From Octopus vulgaris (lineage: Eukaryota), in the NCBI GenBank assembly GCA_951406725.2, contig OX597833.1, positions 14,570,001-14,634,000 on the forward strand: a DNA stretch of 64,000 bases. The letters are read 5' to 3'. The translations under genes were made by a program, and so were the position numbers. This document shows positions 38,311 through 50,240 of the stretch, piece by piece (the first letter of the stretch is position 1; the number at the start of each line of letters is the position of its first letter). Below the pieces are notes generated by a model, which was given only the letters and a program-made list of their open reading frames with translations, did not search any database and was not told the origin of the DNA.

Positions 38311-39355
38311 ATATATATATATATATATATATATACAGAGACATGTATATACATATATACAAACGTACTTATATACATACATATGTGTGTGTGTGCATGT
38401 ATTTCAATTAAATCACACGCATATACACGCATAGAGACACACGCATATGTTCCTTACCACAGAAAATTCTGTAAGCTAGAAGCACTTCTCAAATTGTATT
38501 CTAAACCACGTCAGATAACCCTATCCCTTTTCAATTTCCCCGGGAAGTAATTCCGATATAATCTACGCATCTTCTACAGAAGCAATCTAATACAAAATAA
38601 GATGAGACCATTCTGAACAACAAATACACTGTATTTTCATTGGAGATTGATCCTTCAACAAAGCTGATTACTTATGTGTCTTTTAAATTTCCCTTTGTGG
38701 ATCTGTATTAACATGGTAGAATTTATTTTAAATTTCCTGAATACCATCTACCATTTCTTAAAAAATGTTATATTGATATACAGCAAGCAATAAACAATTT
38801 ATAAAATTTATTTATTGCTTGAACGAAAATATATACTTGATTAATTCATATAATTAAATTGAATCTAGTTTTTCAGATTCTTTTTTCAATTAGGCCCGCG
38901 TTTAATTGACGAATAAACATTATAAAACAAAAGCTTTTAAAATCTCAATGAGATTTTTTCTCATAAATCTGATTTGTGTCGTAGCAATTATAACACGCAA
39001 CTAGATTCAGCCATCATTAGAAAATTACTGATTTTGTGCTTCTCTTGTATAAAGGTCTTCACGGGATCGTTCTACAAACAGCATAGAACTTCTGATGTAT
39101 AAAGCAGGTTTCTATTTCGATAGCCCCTCACATGTACATTTTACCCCATGAATTACATTTTTGAGCAGTAAGATCTACCTTTCGTAAAGGGACAGTGGTA
39201 ATTTTTTAAGAAAATCATTCGGACGGTCTTATATATAAGCAAATTGTAGTTGCAAATTTCGTTCAGTTCTGTACACGGCAAATGCAGAAAGCCAGCATCT
39301 TCAACATTTACCCCATCAAAATGGTTCATATAAATTCATTATCTGTGGTAAGTAA

Positions 39356-39790
39356 GCCGGCGAGCTGGCGGAAACGTTAGCACGTCGGGCAAAATGCTTA
39401 GGAGTATTTCGATAACTTAAGTACGTTCTGAGTTCAAATTCCGCCGAGGTCGACTTTGCCTTTCATCCTTTCGGGGTCGATTAAATAATTACCAGTTACG
39501 CACTGGGGTCGATGCAATCGACTTAATCCATTTGTCTGTCCTTGTTTGTCCTCTCTGTATGTAGCTCCTTGTGGGCGGTAAAGAAATAAGTAACGTTAGC
39601 ACGTCGGGGGAAATTCTTAGCGATATTTCGTCTGTTTTTACGTTCTGAGTTCAAATTCCGCCGAGGTCGATTTTGCCTTTCATCATTTCGAGGTCGATAA
39701 ATTAAGTACCGGTTGTATACTCGAGTCAATGTAATCGACTGGCCCGCTCCTCAAAACGTCGGGATTTGTGTCAAGAGTAGAAACGAATGT
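39356..39790 (+). mobile_element. SINE family A dimer, second unit with tail-2
   Basis: Junction GAAATAAGT/AACGTTAGCACG; ends TTGTGTCAAGAGTAGAAA. Confidence 0.85.
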
Positions 39791-40257
39791 ATTCTAATTC
39801 AGTCAGGGCAAACATATAGGACTAGAAACTGTATACAACAAATATCAACCGGGTTGTTGACAAATAGTTCAGTGAACTAAGCGTTCATACTGTCTACTGG
39901 GCTACTGAATTGTAATTAATTATTGGTAAATTGGATGCCTTTAATTAGTGTAGCGTATTATCGAATTTTAATTAAAACTACTTTGTTAGCTTAAGTGGTT
40001 TATTTTAGGCAATCAACATTTCTTAACTCATTACATTATATATTAGCGGACACGAAACTGATTAAGAACTGTTTCCCGTTTTGGCAGAATGACAAATATT
40101 TTTAAGGCAAGGAATTGATCGATTTCATTGATCGCAAATTTTACCGGTACTTCATTTTATTGAGCACAGAGCAATGACATGTAAAGTTAGGGCTCGTTAG
40201 CTCGGCCCTCTAACGATTTTGTCCACTGCAATCTTAATTAAGGAATGTAATTAATAC

Positions 40258-40473
40258 TATCTACTATAGGCACAAGACCTTAAATATTCAGGTGTGTGGC
40301 GGGGCTTGTTGATTACATTACTCTCAGTGGGTAACTGGTACTTTTCTCATCGACCACGAAAGGTTGAAAGGCAAAGTCGACCTGGGCGGAATTTGAACTC
40401 AGAACCCAAGGAGGGACGAAATGCCGCTAAAAAGTTCGGCTGATGTGCGAACGGTTCTGCTAGCTTGCCGCCT
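40258..40473 (-). mobile_element. Older SINE family A monomer with tail-2
   Basis: Diverged colinear match. Confidence 0.7.
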
Positions 40474-40605
40474 TAACTTAATGAAAAGTATTTAATGATA
40501 TTTAATAATATACTTTTGGATAGATCGCTACATTACCTCTATTGTTGTTTTACTATTTTCATGCAGCAACAGCTCTCAGTAAATGTCTTCCATTTTTATT
40601 AATTA

Positions 40606-40913
40606 CTAGCAGTATCGCCCGGCGTTGCTCGGGTTTGTAAGGGAAATAACTATATAAGCATTTTTAGAGAGTTACTTCCCTTATATAACCCGAGCAAAAA
40701 TCCTTAAAAATGCGGAAAAATGATGGTAAATATTTTTTTAAATCGTAGACTCATCGTAGACGTTCGCTAATACCCAGAAGGGCTCGATATGAATGACGAC
40801 TATAAGATACCCGCTTTTGGTTAAACTGCATCGCAAAATGTGGGAGTAGTTAGGAATATAAACGGAGGAGACAGAGTCTCACACACACAACTTCAATTTT
40901 ATATATAAAGAGA
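40606..40913 (-). mobile_element. Non-autonomous Helitron (body type H2)
   Basis: Reverse strand A|TC...CCCGAGCAACGCCGGG...CTAG|T. Body matches 63470-63766. Confidence 0.88.
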
Positions 40914-41912
40914 TTTTGGCAAGGCACATTTAGTGCGTAGGATGTTCGGCTCACGTTTGCAAGGTCGTGAGTTCAAACGTTGCTCCAGTCCACTCAGATG
41001 GCAAAAATGAGTTGTATCTGTTATTCTAAGGGTCATTCTGTTTCACGCTGAGTCTCCCTGAGAACGTTAGCGGTATGTATGTCTGTGGAAAGCTCAGCCA
41101 CCTGCATGTTAACGGATGAACTTGAACACTTGTCTTAGTACCGACGGAGTACCAGTTCTTTTTTTTTTAGTATTTTTAGACACTAGTATAATGCCATGTC
41201 AGGAACCGAACACGTTCTGTGGTTCTCTAGGGCAAACTTTTTTTCGGTAATTTTGTTCATTTGATTATCTTATCATCTCATTTGGAATTAGCATACTAAA
41301 TAAACAACTGAACGTCATTATTATTTTAATGAATGACTTTTGGAAAACACAGGCAATTGTTGAAGACAGGTAGCAAATGCCTACACTCGGTTTCTTTATT
41401 AGCCACAAGGGCCCAAACATAGAGGGGGCAAACAAGGACAGACAGGACACCACAGAGGAGACAATACATACACCGAATATGATGAGATGATTATACAATA
41501 ATGGGGTTATGAATGGCTGCATGCGCCCTCATCACGTGCATAACCATTAATCTTTTTAAACTGTCCGTTTTTACCATGTATTTACATAACAATTATCGTC
41601 TGCCATTACAATTATTTGAACCGTTATATACGTTCTCTAAAATTGTTCTTCTATTTTCCGATATTATTAAACATAACATAAAACGCTCTTTCTTTTTCCT
41701 TTTTTCTCCTTTTTCTTTTTTCCTGTGGATTTGACATATTTACTTTTTAGTAATATTTCATTAGTGGTTCGATTTCTACTAATTCAACTACTCGTGGCAA
41801 TTCCTTGAATTCCACCCTTATTCCTGATGGGTAGATATTATCTCCACACATTTCTTGCAGCCTCTTATAACTTTCCTCTTCAATTACTATCGCCTTCATG
41901 TTCTCTGCATAT

Positions 41913-42305
41913 ACTCTTTTACTCTTTTACTTGTTTCAGTCATTTGACCGCGGCCATGCTGGAGCACCGCCTTTAGTCGAGCAAATGGACCCCGGGACTT
42001 ATTCTTTGTAAGCCCAGTACTTATTCTATCGGTCTCTTTTTGCCGAACCGCTGAGTTACGGGGACGTGAACACACCAGCATCGGTTGTCAAGCAAAGCTA
42101 GAGGGACAAACACAGACACACAAATACATATATATATACATATATACGACAGGCTTCTTTCAGTTTCCGTCTACCAAATCCACTCACAAGGCATTGGTCG
42201 GCCCGGGGCTATAGCAGAAGACACTTGCCCAAGATGCCACGCAGTGGGACTGAACCCGGAACCATGTGGTTGGTAAGCAATCTACTTACCACATAGCCAC
42301 TCCTG
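41913..42305 (-). mobile_element. SINE family B
   Basis: Full-length match. Confidence 0.9.
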
Positions 42306-42582
42306 TTGTTTTTTTTGTTTTACAACAGTCATATCATCATCTGTTTCCTTTGTCTCGACCTGTTCTATCTGGTCCCCGCTCTCTTGTCTCTCCACCTGCT
42401 CTGCTTGCTGCTTTTTCTAGCTGCACCATGACTTCATGTGGCCCTTCTCACCACATCCAAAACATATAGGCGGCCTGCCCTCTACCTTCATTCCCAATGC
42501 AAAGCTGTCAGGCAGCACTATCTCTTCCGCAATCCCATTTAAGTCGTTCACTGTTGCCTGGATAGGAAGCTCTATCCTATAT

Positions 42583-42976
42583 AGGCACAGGAGTGGCTGT
42601 GTGGTAAGTAGCTTGCTAACCAACCACATGGTTGCGGGTTCAGTCCCACTGCGTGGCATCTTGGGCAAGTGTCTTCTGCTATAGCCCCGGGCCGACCAAT
42701 GCCTTGTGAGTGGATTTGGTAGATGGAAACTGAAAGAAGCCTGTCGTATATATGTATATATATATATATGTGTGTATGTGTTTGTCCCCCTAGCATTGCT
42801 TGACAACCGATGCTGGTGTGTCTACGTCCCCGCCACTTAGCGGTTCGGCAAAAGAGACCGATAGAATAAGTACTGGGCTTACAAAGAATAAGTTCCGGGG
42901 TCGATTTGATCGACTAAAGGCGGTGCTTCAGCATGGCCGCAGTCAAATGACTGAAACAAGTAAAAGAGTAAAGAGT
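42583..42976 (+). mobile_element. SINE family B
   Basis: Full-length match; inserted at a TATA site that splits the ORF1-like frame. Confidence 0.9.
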
Positions 42977-43163
42977 ATATCCCCAGTAGTCGAGCTTGTT
43001 GGTTCCAGGCAGCAAATGTCTACACACTTTTTGTAATGAATCATCATTCTTTCATGTTTCCCCTTCGTTGGCTCTCCCTGCTGTACCTCACTCCTCTCTA
43101 CCTCTGTTGCTAGTATTCTCGTCTCTGCTTGCCCTTCCTTCTCACTCATGTCTCGACACTCTG

Positions 43164-44821
43164 ATTTCTTTATTACCCACCAGGGGGCGACGTAGAGTGG
43201 GACACTACAAAACATTGGGGACATAGAACATAACAATTAAAATTATGAAGAATGAATTTTTAGACGAAAAAATGATAATATGAAAGCGATGCTAACGGCC
43301 CCATCCGTCAGCATCACTTACCTGTCCTTTGGTTTTCACTTTCACTCAGATGTTCATTCCCAATACGAAAACCATCCATATCCATTCTTACTCCGAAATA
43401 CTCCTCCATATTTTCCACGAATTCATCGCTCATTCTTGTATCTTTCTCCTCCCAATTCTCCCTTTCACACCTGAACACAAACTCATCTATTCTCTTCTTT
43501 TCAATCACTGCATACCTGGTCTCACCTATTTCATACCATTTATACTCCTCCATTACCCTTTTAACTTCCTTCTCGTCTGTCATAGTATAAATGTTCGGCC
43601 TGGGTTCGTTTTCTATGTGTTGTTTTTGCGTTTTCTGTTTTTGTTTTCTTGTTGGAGGGGAGCGGGTGGGCTCACTGACTGCAGGGACAGGGTGGGACTC
43701 AGAGGGTGTGGGTGGTGTTGGGGTGGGTTGGGGTTCAATATTGTTCGGTCTTCTTCCTCTCTTTCTTTTTCTCCTCTCCTCAACCCATTCGTTTTGGTCT
43801 TCCTCTCCTGTTGTTTCACTCTCTGCCTGCTCTTTGTTTTCTTTCTCTCCTTGCGTCTCTGTAACGGTTACCTTGGGTGGGGAAGGGCAGAAAGCTCTTA
43901 TGTGGCCCCTCAGACCACACTTATAGCACCTTGGTGCTCTGCCCTCCACCTATACTCTCATGACGATGTTTCCTATACAAATATTATTTGCCATCCTTTC
44001 AATTATCTCCTCCTCTGCTTGAATACTTATTTCCAGCATTTTTCCATGCCATCCTTCGCTCTTTACGGTGGCCTGTAGTATGTCCACCTCCTCTTCTAAG
44101 TCCTTTATCACTGCTGCTGTGACTCATTCTCCTTCTATGTGGGGGGGGGGGGGTATCCCCTCCACCCTTATCCTCGTTGTTCTTTTATTCTTGTATGTTG
44201 GTAGCATATATACTTTATCTGTTTTTAACGCTTTAGCCGCCATTCTTCTCGCTGTACTTTTACTACCAAACTGTACCACAATTGTTCCGTATTCCATTCC
44301 TCTTGCTACGTACACAACTTCCTCCTCCACTCTTCTTAATGCCTCCTCTATGTCTTTCATCTTTACTGTTTCTACTCTTTTGTTGTCTTTGACGAATGTT
44401 CTATATTTTATTACTCTTTCTTCGAACCATTCGCTCCGCTTTTCTGGCGGTAGCAGTTTCACTTCACCTCCCTCCTTTGTCATATAGGCTTGATAGCCTG
44501 GTAGCTTTTTCAGGTCTATCTCTTTATCTCCTGTTTTTCTTACGGCTCCCGCGTATGTCTTCCCGGTCTTTACGTCCATCTTCTTTACGGCATCCCTCAA
44601 TTCGTCCTCGGAGGTCGACACCTCCGGTAGACTTACGAACAGTCTTTCCTCGTCTCCCATTAGGGAGGGGCGGTCCATTACTCTATGTCTGTCTTAATAG
44701 ACAGACAACGGCCGACAACCCAACAACAGTGCGACAAGGTCGCGCGTATAAATCCGTATAACAAAAGGGTACAGTTCAACAATAAATCCAAACAACAAAA
44801 TATCAATAACTCACGCGATAG
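43164..44821 (-). mobile_element. Apparently full-length ORF1-only (HAL1-like) non-autonomous retroposon, ~1.66 kb, 18-bp TSD
   Basis: TSD TCATGTC(T/G)CGACACTCTG at 43146-43163 and 44822-44839. ~143-nt 5' UTR, one ORF, ~150-nt 3' UTR with hairpin and AATAAAGAAAT end. No RT or endonuclease. Confidence 0.85.
43314..44678 (-). pseudogene. gag/ORF1-like CCHC zinc-knuckle protein (~450 codons, disrupted)
   Basis: ORFs 44124-44678 and 43314-43949 join through a TGA, one frameshift (~44040) and a TAG. Motifs KTYAGAV, RRM-like IVVQFGSKSTARR, IRVEGIPP, VEGRAPRCYKCGLRGHIRAFC and WVEERRKRKR resemble L1/Tx1-type ORF1. Confidence 0.8.
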
Positions 44822-45035
44822 TCATGTCGCGACACTCTGTCTTCAAAAAATTCTATGTCGATTTAAATACTATTTTAAAATAAATACTGGTATTCATATA
44901 ATGGACTAAACCACGCCAATGGAATGCCCCAACATAACCGAAGTCTAAAGGTCAAAGTTCGTAAAAGAATAAAGTTACATGCAACTTTTCAAAATATTTT
45001 CCCCATTTATCATATCTCTTTTTGTCTTATCCTTT

Positions 45036-45429
45036 TTTTTTTCTGGAAGCACTCCGTCGGTTACGAAGACGAGGGTTCCGGTTGATCCGAATCAACGGAA
45101 CAACCTGCTCGTGAAATTAACGTGCAAGTGGCTGAGCACTCCACAGACACGTGTACCCTTAACGTAGTTCTCGGGGATATTCAGCGTCACACAGAGAGTG
45201 ACAAGGCCGACCCTTTGAAATACAGGTACAACAGAAACAGGAAGTAAGAGTGAGAGAAAGTTGTGGTGAAAGAGTACAGTAGGGATCACCACCATCCCCT
45301 GCCGGAACCTCGTAGAGGCTTTAGGTGTTTTCGCTCAATAAACATTCACAAGGCCCGGTCTGGGAATCGAAACCGCGATCCTATGACAGCGAGTCCGCTG
45401 CCCTAACCACTGGGCCATTGCGCCTCCAC
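45036..45429 (-). mobile_element. SINE family C with ~15-bp TSD
   Basis: Full length, A tail. TSD TTTGTC(T/G)TATCCTTT at ~45021 and ~45430. Confidence 0.9.
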
Positions 45430-45662
45430 TTTGTCGTATCCTTTACTTGATTGAGTGATTATATTGTGGCCATGTTGGGGCACCGCATTCGAGAATGCTT
45501 ATCTGAATGTACCAATCTCCAATACTTTTTTGCAGCCGATCTCTTTTACCGAAGACTGCTAAACTATAAGGAGGTAAAGGAACCAAACAGCAGTCGTTAA
45601 GCGGTGGTGGGCAACCATGTGGATAGGAAACGAACTTTTAACCACACAGCCTCACCTGCGGA

Positions 45663-45875
<213 letters not shown>

Positions 45876-46685
45876 ATGACGGACTCCTTTCAGTTTCCGT
45901 CTACCAAAATCCACGCAAAAGGCTTCGGTCGGCCAGAGGTTATAGTAGAAGACACTTGTCCGGGGTGCACTGGGGCTGAACGCGGAATCATATCGTTGGA
46001 AATCAAACTCCTTACCACAAAGCCACGTCCTGCGCCTACGATCTCAAACGAAACCATTTACAAGGAGATTATAAACTCAAAGTAATAAAAACCGCAACGC
46101 TGTTTTGTTCATTAATAACGGGCCTTTTGATTTAACCTTGATGGGTAATTGATAAAATGCCTTAATGGTGGAACGGAATCTAATCAGTGTAGTCATGTGT
46201 ATAATACTATAAAAGTAATTTAATCTTTAATTTATTCGCTATTCATTACAGTATGGATATTTTATGGCTCCAATTACGTGCATTTATTAAAATACGTTTG
46301 ACATTTAATTTAACAATCATAAATCGTTCTATGTATGTAATGTACCTTTTTTTTTTCTTGCTTAAATACTGCAAAAACAAAGCAATTACTCGTATACCTA
46401 TCTGCAAGTGTTCCTGTACGTGGTTGCTAGAAATAGAAGTCATGTCTCTCCTTTACCTTTATATTACATGCTACTCTATTAAGAAACAGAAAGCTTTGCT
46501 CGGATGAGAAGTAAGAAGTTTGCTTCCCAACCATATTATTCCACGTTTAGTTCCACTTGGTGGTACCTTGGATTAGCTCCTTCTGACAAAGCGACGGACC
46601 GACCAAAGCTTTGTGAATAATTTTGGTTTTGGCAGACGGGAACTGAAACAAGACTGTGGCATATATATATATATATATATATATT

Positions 46686-46982
46686 GATAGAAAATGGTAA
46701 GACAACAAAAGAATGAAAGAGAACTCGATATTATGTAAATAGAAGAATTTATCAGTAAATGTAAAATGTGACAATTATTCGGTAGCCATGATAAAACTCC
46801 GAGTTTCGGATTCCGAGGTGGAAATCCACGCCGCCAGAGCTTCAGTTATCCGGCTATCATTTTCATAGCATTTATTCCGATGGCTGGATAACTGAAGAGA
46901 TAGCGGCCTGGATTTTCACCTCGGCATCCGAAACTCGGCGTTTTATCATGGTTACCGAATAATTGTCACATATTACATTTAC

Positions 46983-46986
<4 letters not shown>
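46686..46986. mobile_element. Palindromic pair of PLE family 3 ends, two opposed HHR motifs, in (TA)n
   Basis: Arms ~46750-46860 and ~46880-46986 are inverted. Plus-strand GATAA-CTGAAGA...CATC-C-GAAA-CTCGGCG-TT-TTATC at 46887-46947. Confidence 0.8.
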
Positions 46987-47052
<66 letters not shown>

Positions 47053-47059
47053 GTATATA

Positions 47060-47259
47060 AAGGGAAAGTTACGAAAATAAACAAAAGACGAAGGCAGGTG
47101 GAGTACAAACAAACAAATGTATTAGTATAACGCTCAGGAATAGAAATAGAAAAAAGTCTTTTACGTTTCGAGCCTACGCTCTTCGACAGAAAGATGCACA
47201 GTAAAAACAAGGAGAGAAACAAAGAGACAAAAAAAAATGCGTATAGGAGCTAACGATCT

Positions 47260-47262
<3 letters not shown>
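47060..47262 (-). mobile_element. PLE-type end, family 1, with HHR variant
   Basis: Reverse strand TCTTT-CTGTCGA-A-GAGC-GTAG-GCTC-GAAA-CG-TA-AAAGA; microsatellite flanks. Confidence 0.75.
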
Positions 47263-47293
<31 letters not shown>

Positions 47294-47738
47294 TGTTTGT
47301 ATGTATGTATGTATGTATGTATGTATGTGTGTGTGTTCTTGAATCTGTATCTGTCCCCATCACCGCTTCCCACCCGGCGTTGATAAATTTACGCCTTAGT
47401 AATATAGCGGTTCGGCGAAAGAGCCCGATAGAATAAGTGCTAAACCGAAAACGAATCAAGTCCTGGAGTCGACTCATTCGATTGAATTTTCCTCAAAATG
47501 GTGGCCCAAAATGGCTGCCGTCTAATGAGTGAAAGATGTAAAAGATAGCATCTGGGAAAACAATACTGTAATATGATTGGTTCGTCATGGTTTGTTTAAG
47601 TCTGATAACCCCGCCTCCAGCCGGTCAGTGCAACACACAGTCCGAACAAGAAAAGCTATTGCGACAAATACACACATATTTATGTCGAGAGGTGTAAGAG
47701 AATACATGTCTGTATGCATGTCGGTATGTGTGTAGAAA

Positions 47739-48150
47739 CGAGCTGGCAGAACCGTTAGCACGCCGGGCGAAATGCTGAGCGGTATTTTGTCTGCGGCTAC
47801 GTTCTGAGTTCAAATTCCACCGAGGTCGACTTTGCCTTTCATCCTTTCGGGGTCGATAAATTAAGTACCAGTTACACACTGGGGTCGATGTAATCGACTT
47901 AATCCGTTTGTCTGTCCTTGTTTGTCCTCTCTGTGTTTAGCCCCTGTGTGTAATAAAGAAATAAGTATTTCGTCTGTCGTTACGTTCTGAGTTCAAATGC
48001 CACCGAGGTCGACTTTGCCTTTCATCCTTTCGGGGTCGATTAAATAAGTACCAGTTACGCACTGGGGTCGATATAATCGACTTAATCCGTTTGTCTGTCC
48101 TTGTTTGTCCCCTCTGTGTTTAGCCCCTTGTGAGTAATACAGAAATAGGT
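47739..48150 (+). mobile_element. SINE family A dimer
   Basis: Junction GAAATA/AGTATTTCGTC; ends GAAATAGGTAT. Confidence 0.9.
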
Positions 48151-48513
48151 ATATGTGTAGCTTGGTTTGGTTTCGTGTATGTGCCATTAATTAATGATGG
48201 CAATCGGAAACTGAAATTTAATGATTGAGACAATCGCTTGGTGGTGCATAGTGTTAATGCATATTTCTCAAAATGGAAATTCCTAGCGGTACCGCAAGAA
48301 TTCTGTTCAGGTGTAGCAATGGTTTATAATGAGAGTGACGTCATTATTTTCTATAGATGACGTCCATCAAGCGACAATTTATTCATCGGTCGACAACTGA
48401 CACCACACAACCGTAATGCCACTCTACGCACGCACACACATCTACACATACACACACACACAAACACACACCCAGATAATTGCATTCCAGAACTTTCCAG
48501 ACTTTTTCAAGAG

Positions 48514-48799
48514 AGTAGTAGTAGTAGTAGTAGCAGCAGTAGTAGTAGTGGTGGTGGTAGTGGTGATGGTGGTGGTGGTGGCGATGGTTGTAGTAGTAGT
48601 AGTAGTGGTGGTGGTAGTGGTGATGGTGGTGGTGGTGGATGATGGTTGTAGTAGTAGTAGTAGTGGTGGTGGTGGTGGTGATGGTGGTGGTGGTGGCGAT
48701 GGCTGTAGTAGTAGTAGTAGTGGTGGTGGTAGTGGTGATTGTGGTGGTGGTGGCGATGGTTGTAGTAGTAGTAGTAGTGGTGGTGGTGGTGGCGTGGTT

Positions 48800-48850
<51 letters not shown>

Positions 48851-48928
48851 ATAGCAGCAGCAGCAGCAGTAGTAGTAGTGGTGGTGATGGTGGTGGTGAT
48901 GGTGGTGGTGGTGGTGGTGGCGATGGTT

Positions 48929-48964
<36 letters not shown>
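48514..48964. repeat. Compound (GTG)n/(TAG)n repeat with recurring GGCGATGGTTG linker
   Basis: The same unit recurs at 51053-51230, with related tracts at 50490-50620. Confidence 0.9.
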
Positions 48965-48969
48965 CACTG

Positions 48970-49220
48970 AAAGAAGTACACTACTCTAATTTCCTTCAAT
49001 GAAATTGCAGCGAACCATCCACTTCCTGAAGGCTTCATGGCAGTCCCCAATATGAAGATACCAACGACACATCATAGTTTCTTTCGTCATCTTCAAAACA
49101 ACTGTCCCTGAGGTTCACCTCCAGCTTGGGCAACGCCTGGATTATACGGATGGTGAAGGAGACTTTTCTGATACCCATTTCCGTCAAATATTTGGTTACC
49201 ACTGCTCTGGTCACAGAGCA
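48970..49220 (-). pseudogene. Mariner transposase C-terminal relic
   Basis: Across frameshifts: VVTKYLTEMGIRKV / HHPYNP / PKLEVNLRDSCFED / HEAFRKW. Confidence 0.65.
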
Positions 49221-49222
49221 AC

Positions 49223-49490
49223 CTCTTTACTCTTTTCTCTCTTTTACTTGTTTCAGTCATTTGACTGCGGCCATGTTGGAGCACCGCCTTTAGACGAGCA
49301 ACTCGACCCCGGGACTTATTCTTTTGTAAGCCCAGTACTTATTCTATCGGTCTCTTTTGCCGAACCGCTAAGTAACAGGGACATAAACACACCAGCATCG
49401 GTTGTCAAGCAATACTAGGGAGATAAACACAGACACACAAACACACACACGCATATATATACATTCATACATATATACGACGGGCTACTT
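49223..49490 (-). mobile_element. SINE family B, 3' part
   Basis: Direct match to family B. Confidence 0.85.
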
Positions 49491-49909
49491 TTGAGATTAT
49501 TTTCCCCTTTTATCATATCTCTTTTCGTTTTATCCTTTACTTGATTGAGTCATTATACTGTGGCCATGCTGGGGGGCACCGCCTTCTAGAGTGTGCATTG
49601 GTCAAACGGGGCCCAAGGCTAAAGTTGAAGACATTCGCCCAACGCGCCGAGCTGGGAATAAATTTGTCACAAATTTGAGCATGTTCAGATCTTCACAAAT
49701 AATTTTTTGTTCAGCTGCCATACCAACTCCAAACTGTATTCATAAAGCATTTATAGACACACAGCTGTATTCATCTATAAAGCTACGAATGTTCTCTAGG
49801 GATGTTGGTGTTCTGACATCCCTCTCTGTCCCACACATCTCATCGTCCCTCATCCTCTCTCTACCATCCCTGAAAGTCTTGTGCCAACGAAAAGTATAAT
49901 CCTCAAACT

Positions 49910-49965
<56 letters not shown>

Positions 49966-49968
<3 letters not shown>

Positions 49969-50240
49969 TTACGAAAATAAACAAAAGTCTAAGGCAGGTG
50001 GAGTACAAACAAACAAATGTATTAGTATAGCGCTCAGGAATAGAAATAGAAAAAGCCTTTTACGTTTTGAGCCTACGCTCTTCGACAGAAAGATACACAG
50101 AAAAAAAACAAAGAGAGAAACAAGGAGAGAAAAAAGGAGACAAAATATTAAAAAAAAAACAAAAGAAAAGAAGGAGAGAAAAAAGGAGAAAAAAAGGAGA
50201 GAAGAAATGCGTGTAGGAGCTAACGATCTATCATGGCGTC
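49966..50240 (-). mobile_element. PLE-type end, family 1
   Basis: Close copy of 47060-47262; CTGTCGA-A-GAGC-GTAG-GCTC-AAAA-CG-TA. Confidence 0.75.

Larger units (their letters stand above)
41391..43163 (-). mobile_element. Second ORF1-only retroposon (diverged relative), interrupted by two SINE B copies and by the element at 43164
   Basis: After removing the SINEs it reads KCVDICCLE/NKLDYWGYRIELPIQATVNDLNGIAEEIVLPDSFALGMKVEGRPPICFGCGEKGHMKSWC (CCHC), aligning with the 43164-44821 protein. Ends in a stem-loop and a tail nearly identical to SINE A tail-1. Confidence 0.75.

Noticed and set aside
48383-49050. His/Thr/Val/Gly-rich ORFs
   Set aside because: Translations of the GTG/TAG compound repeat.
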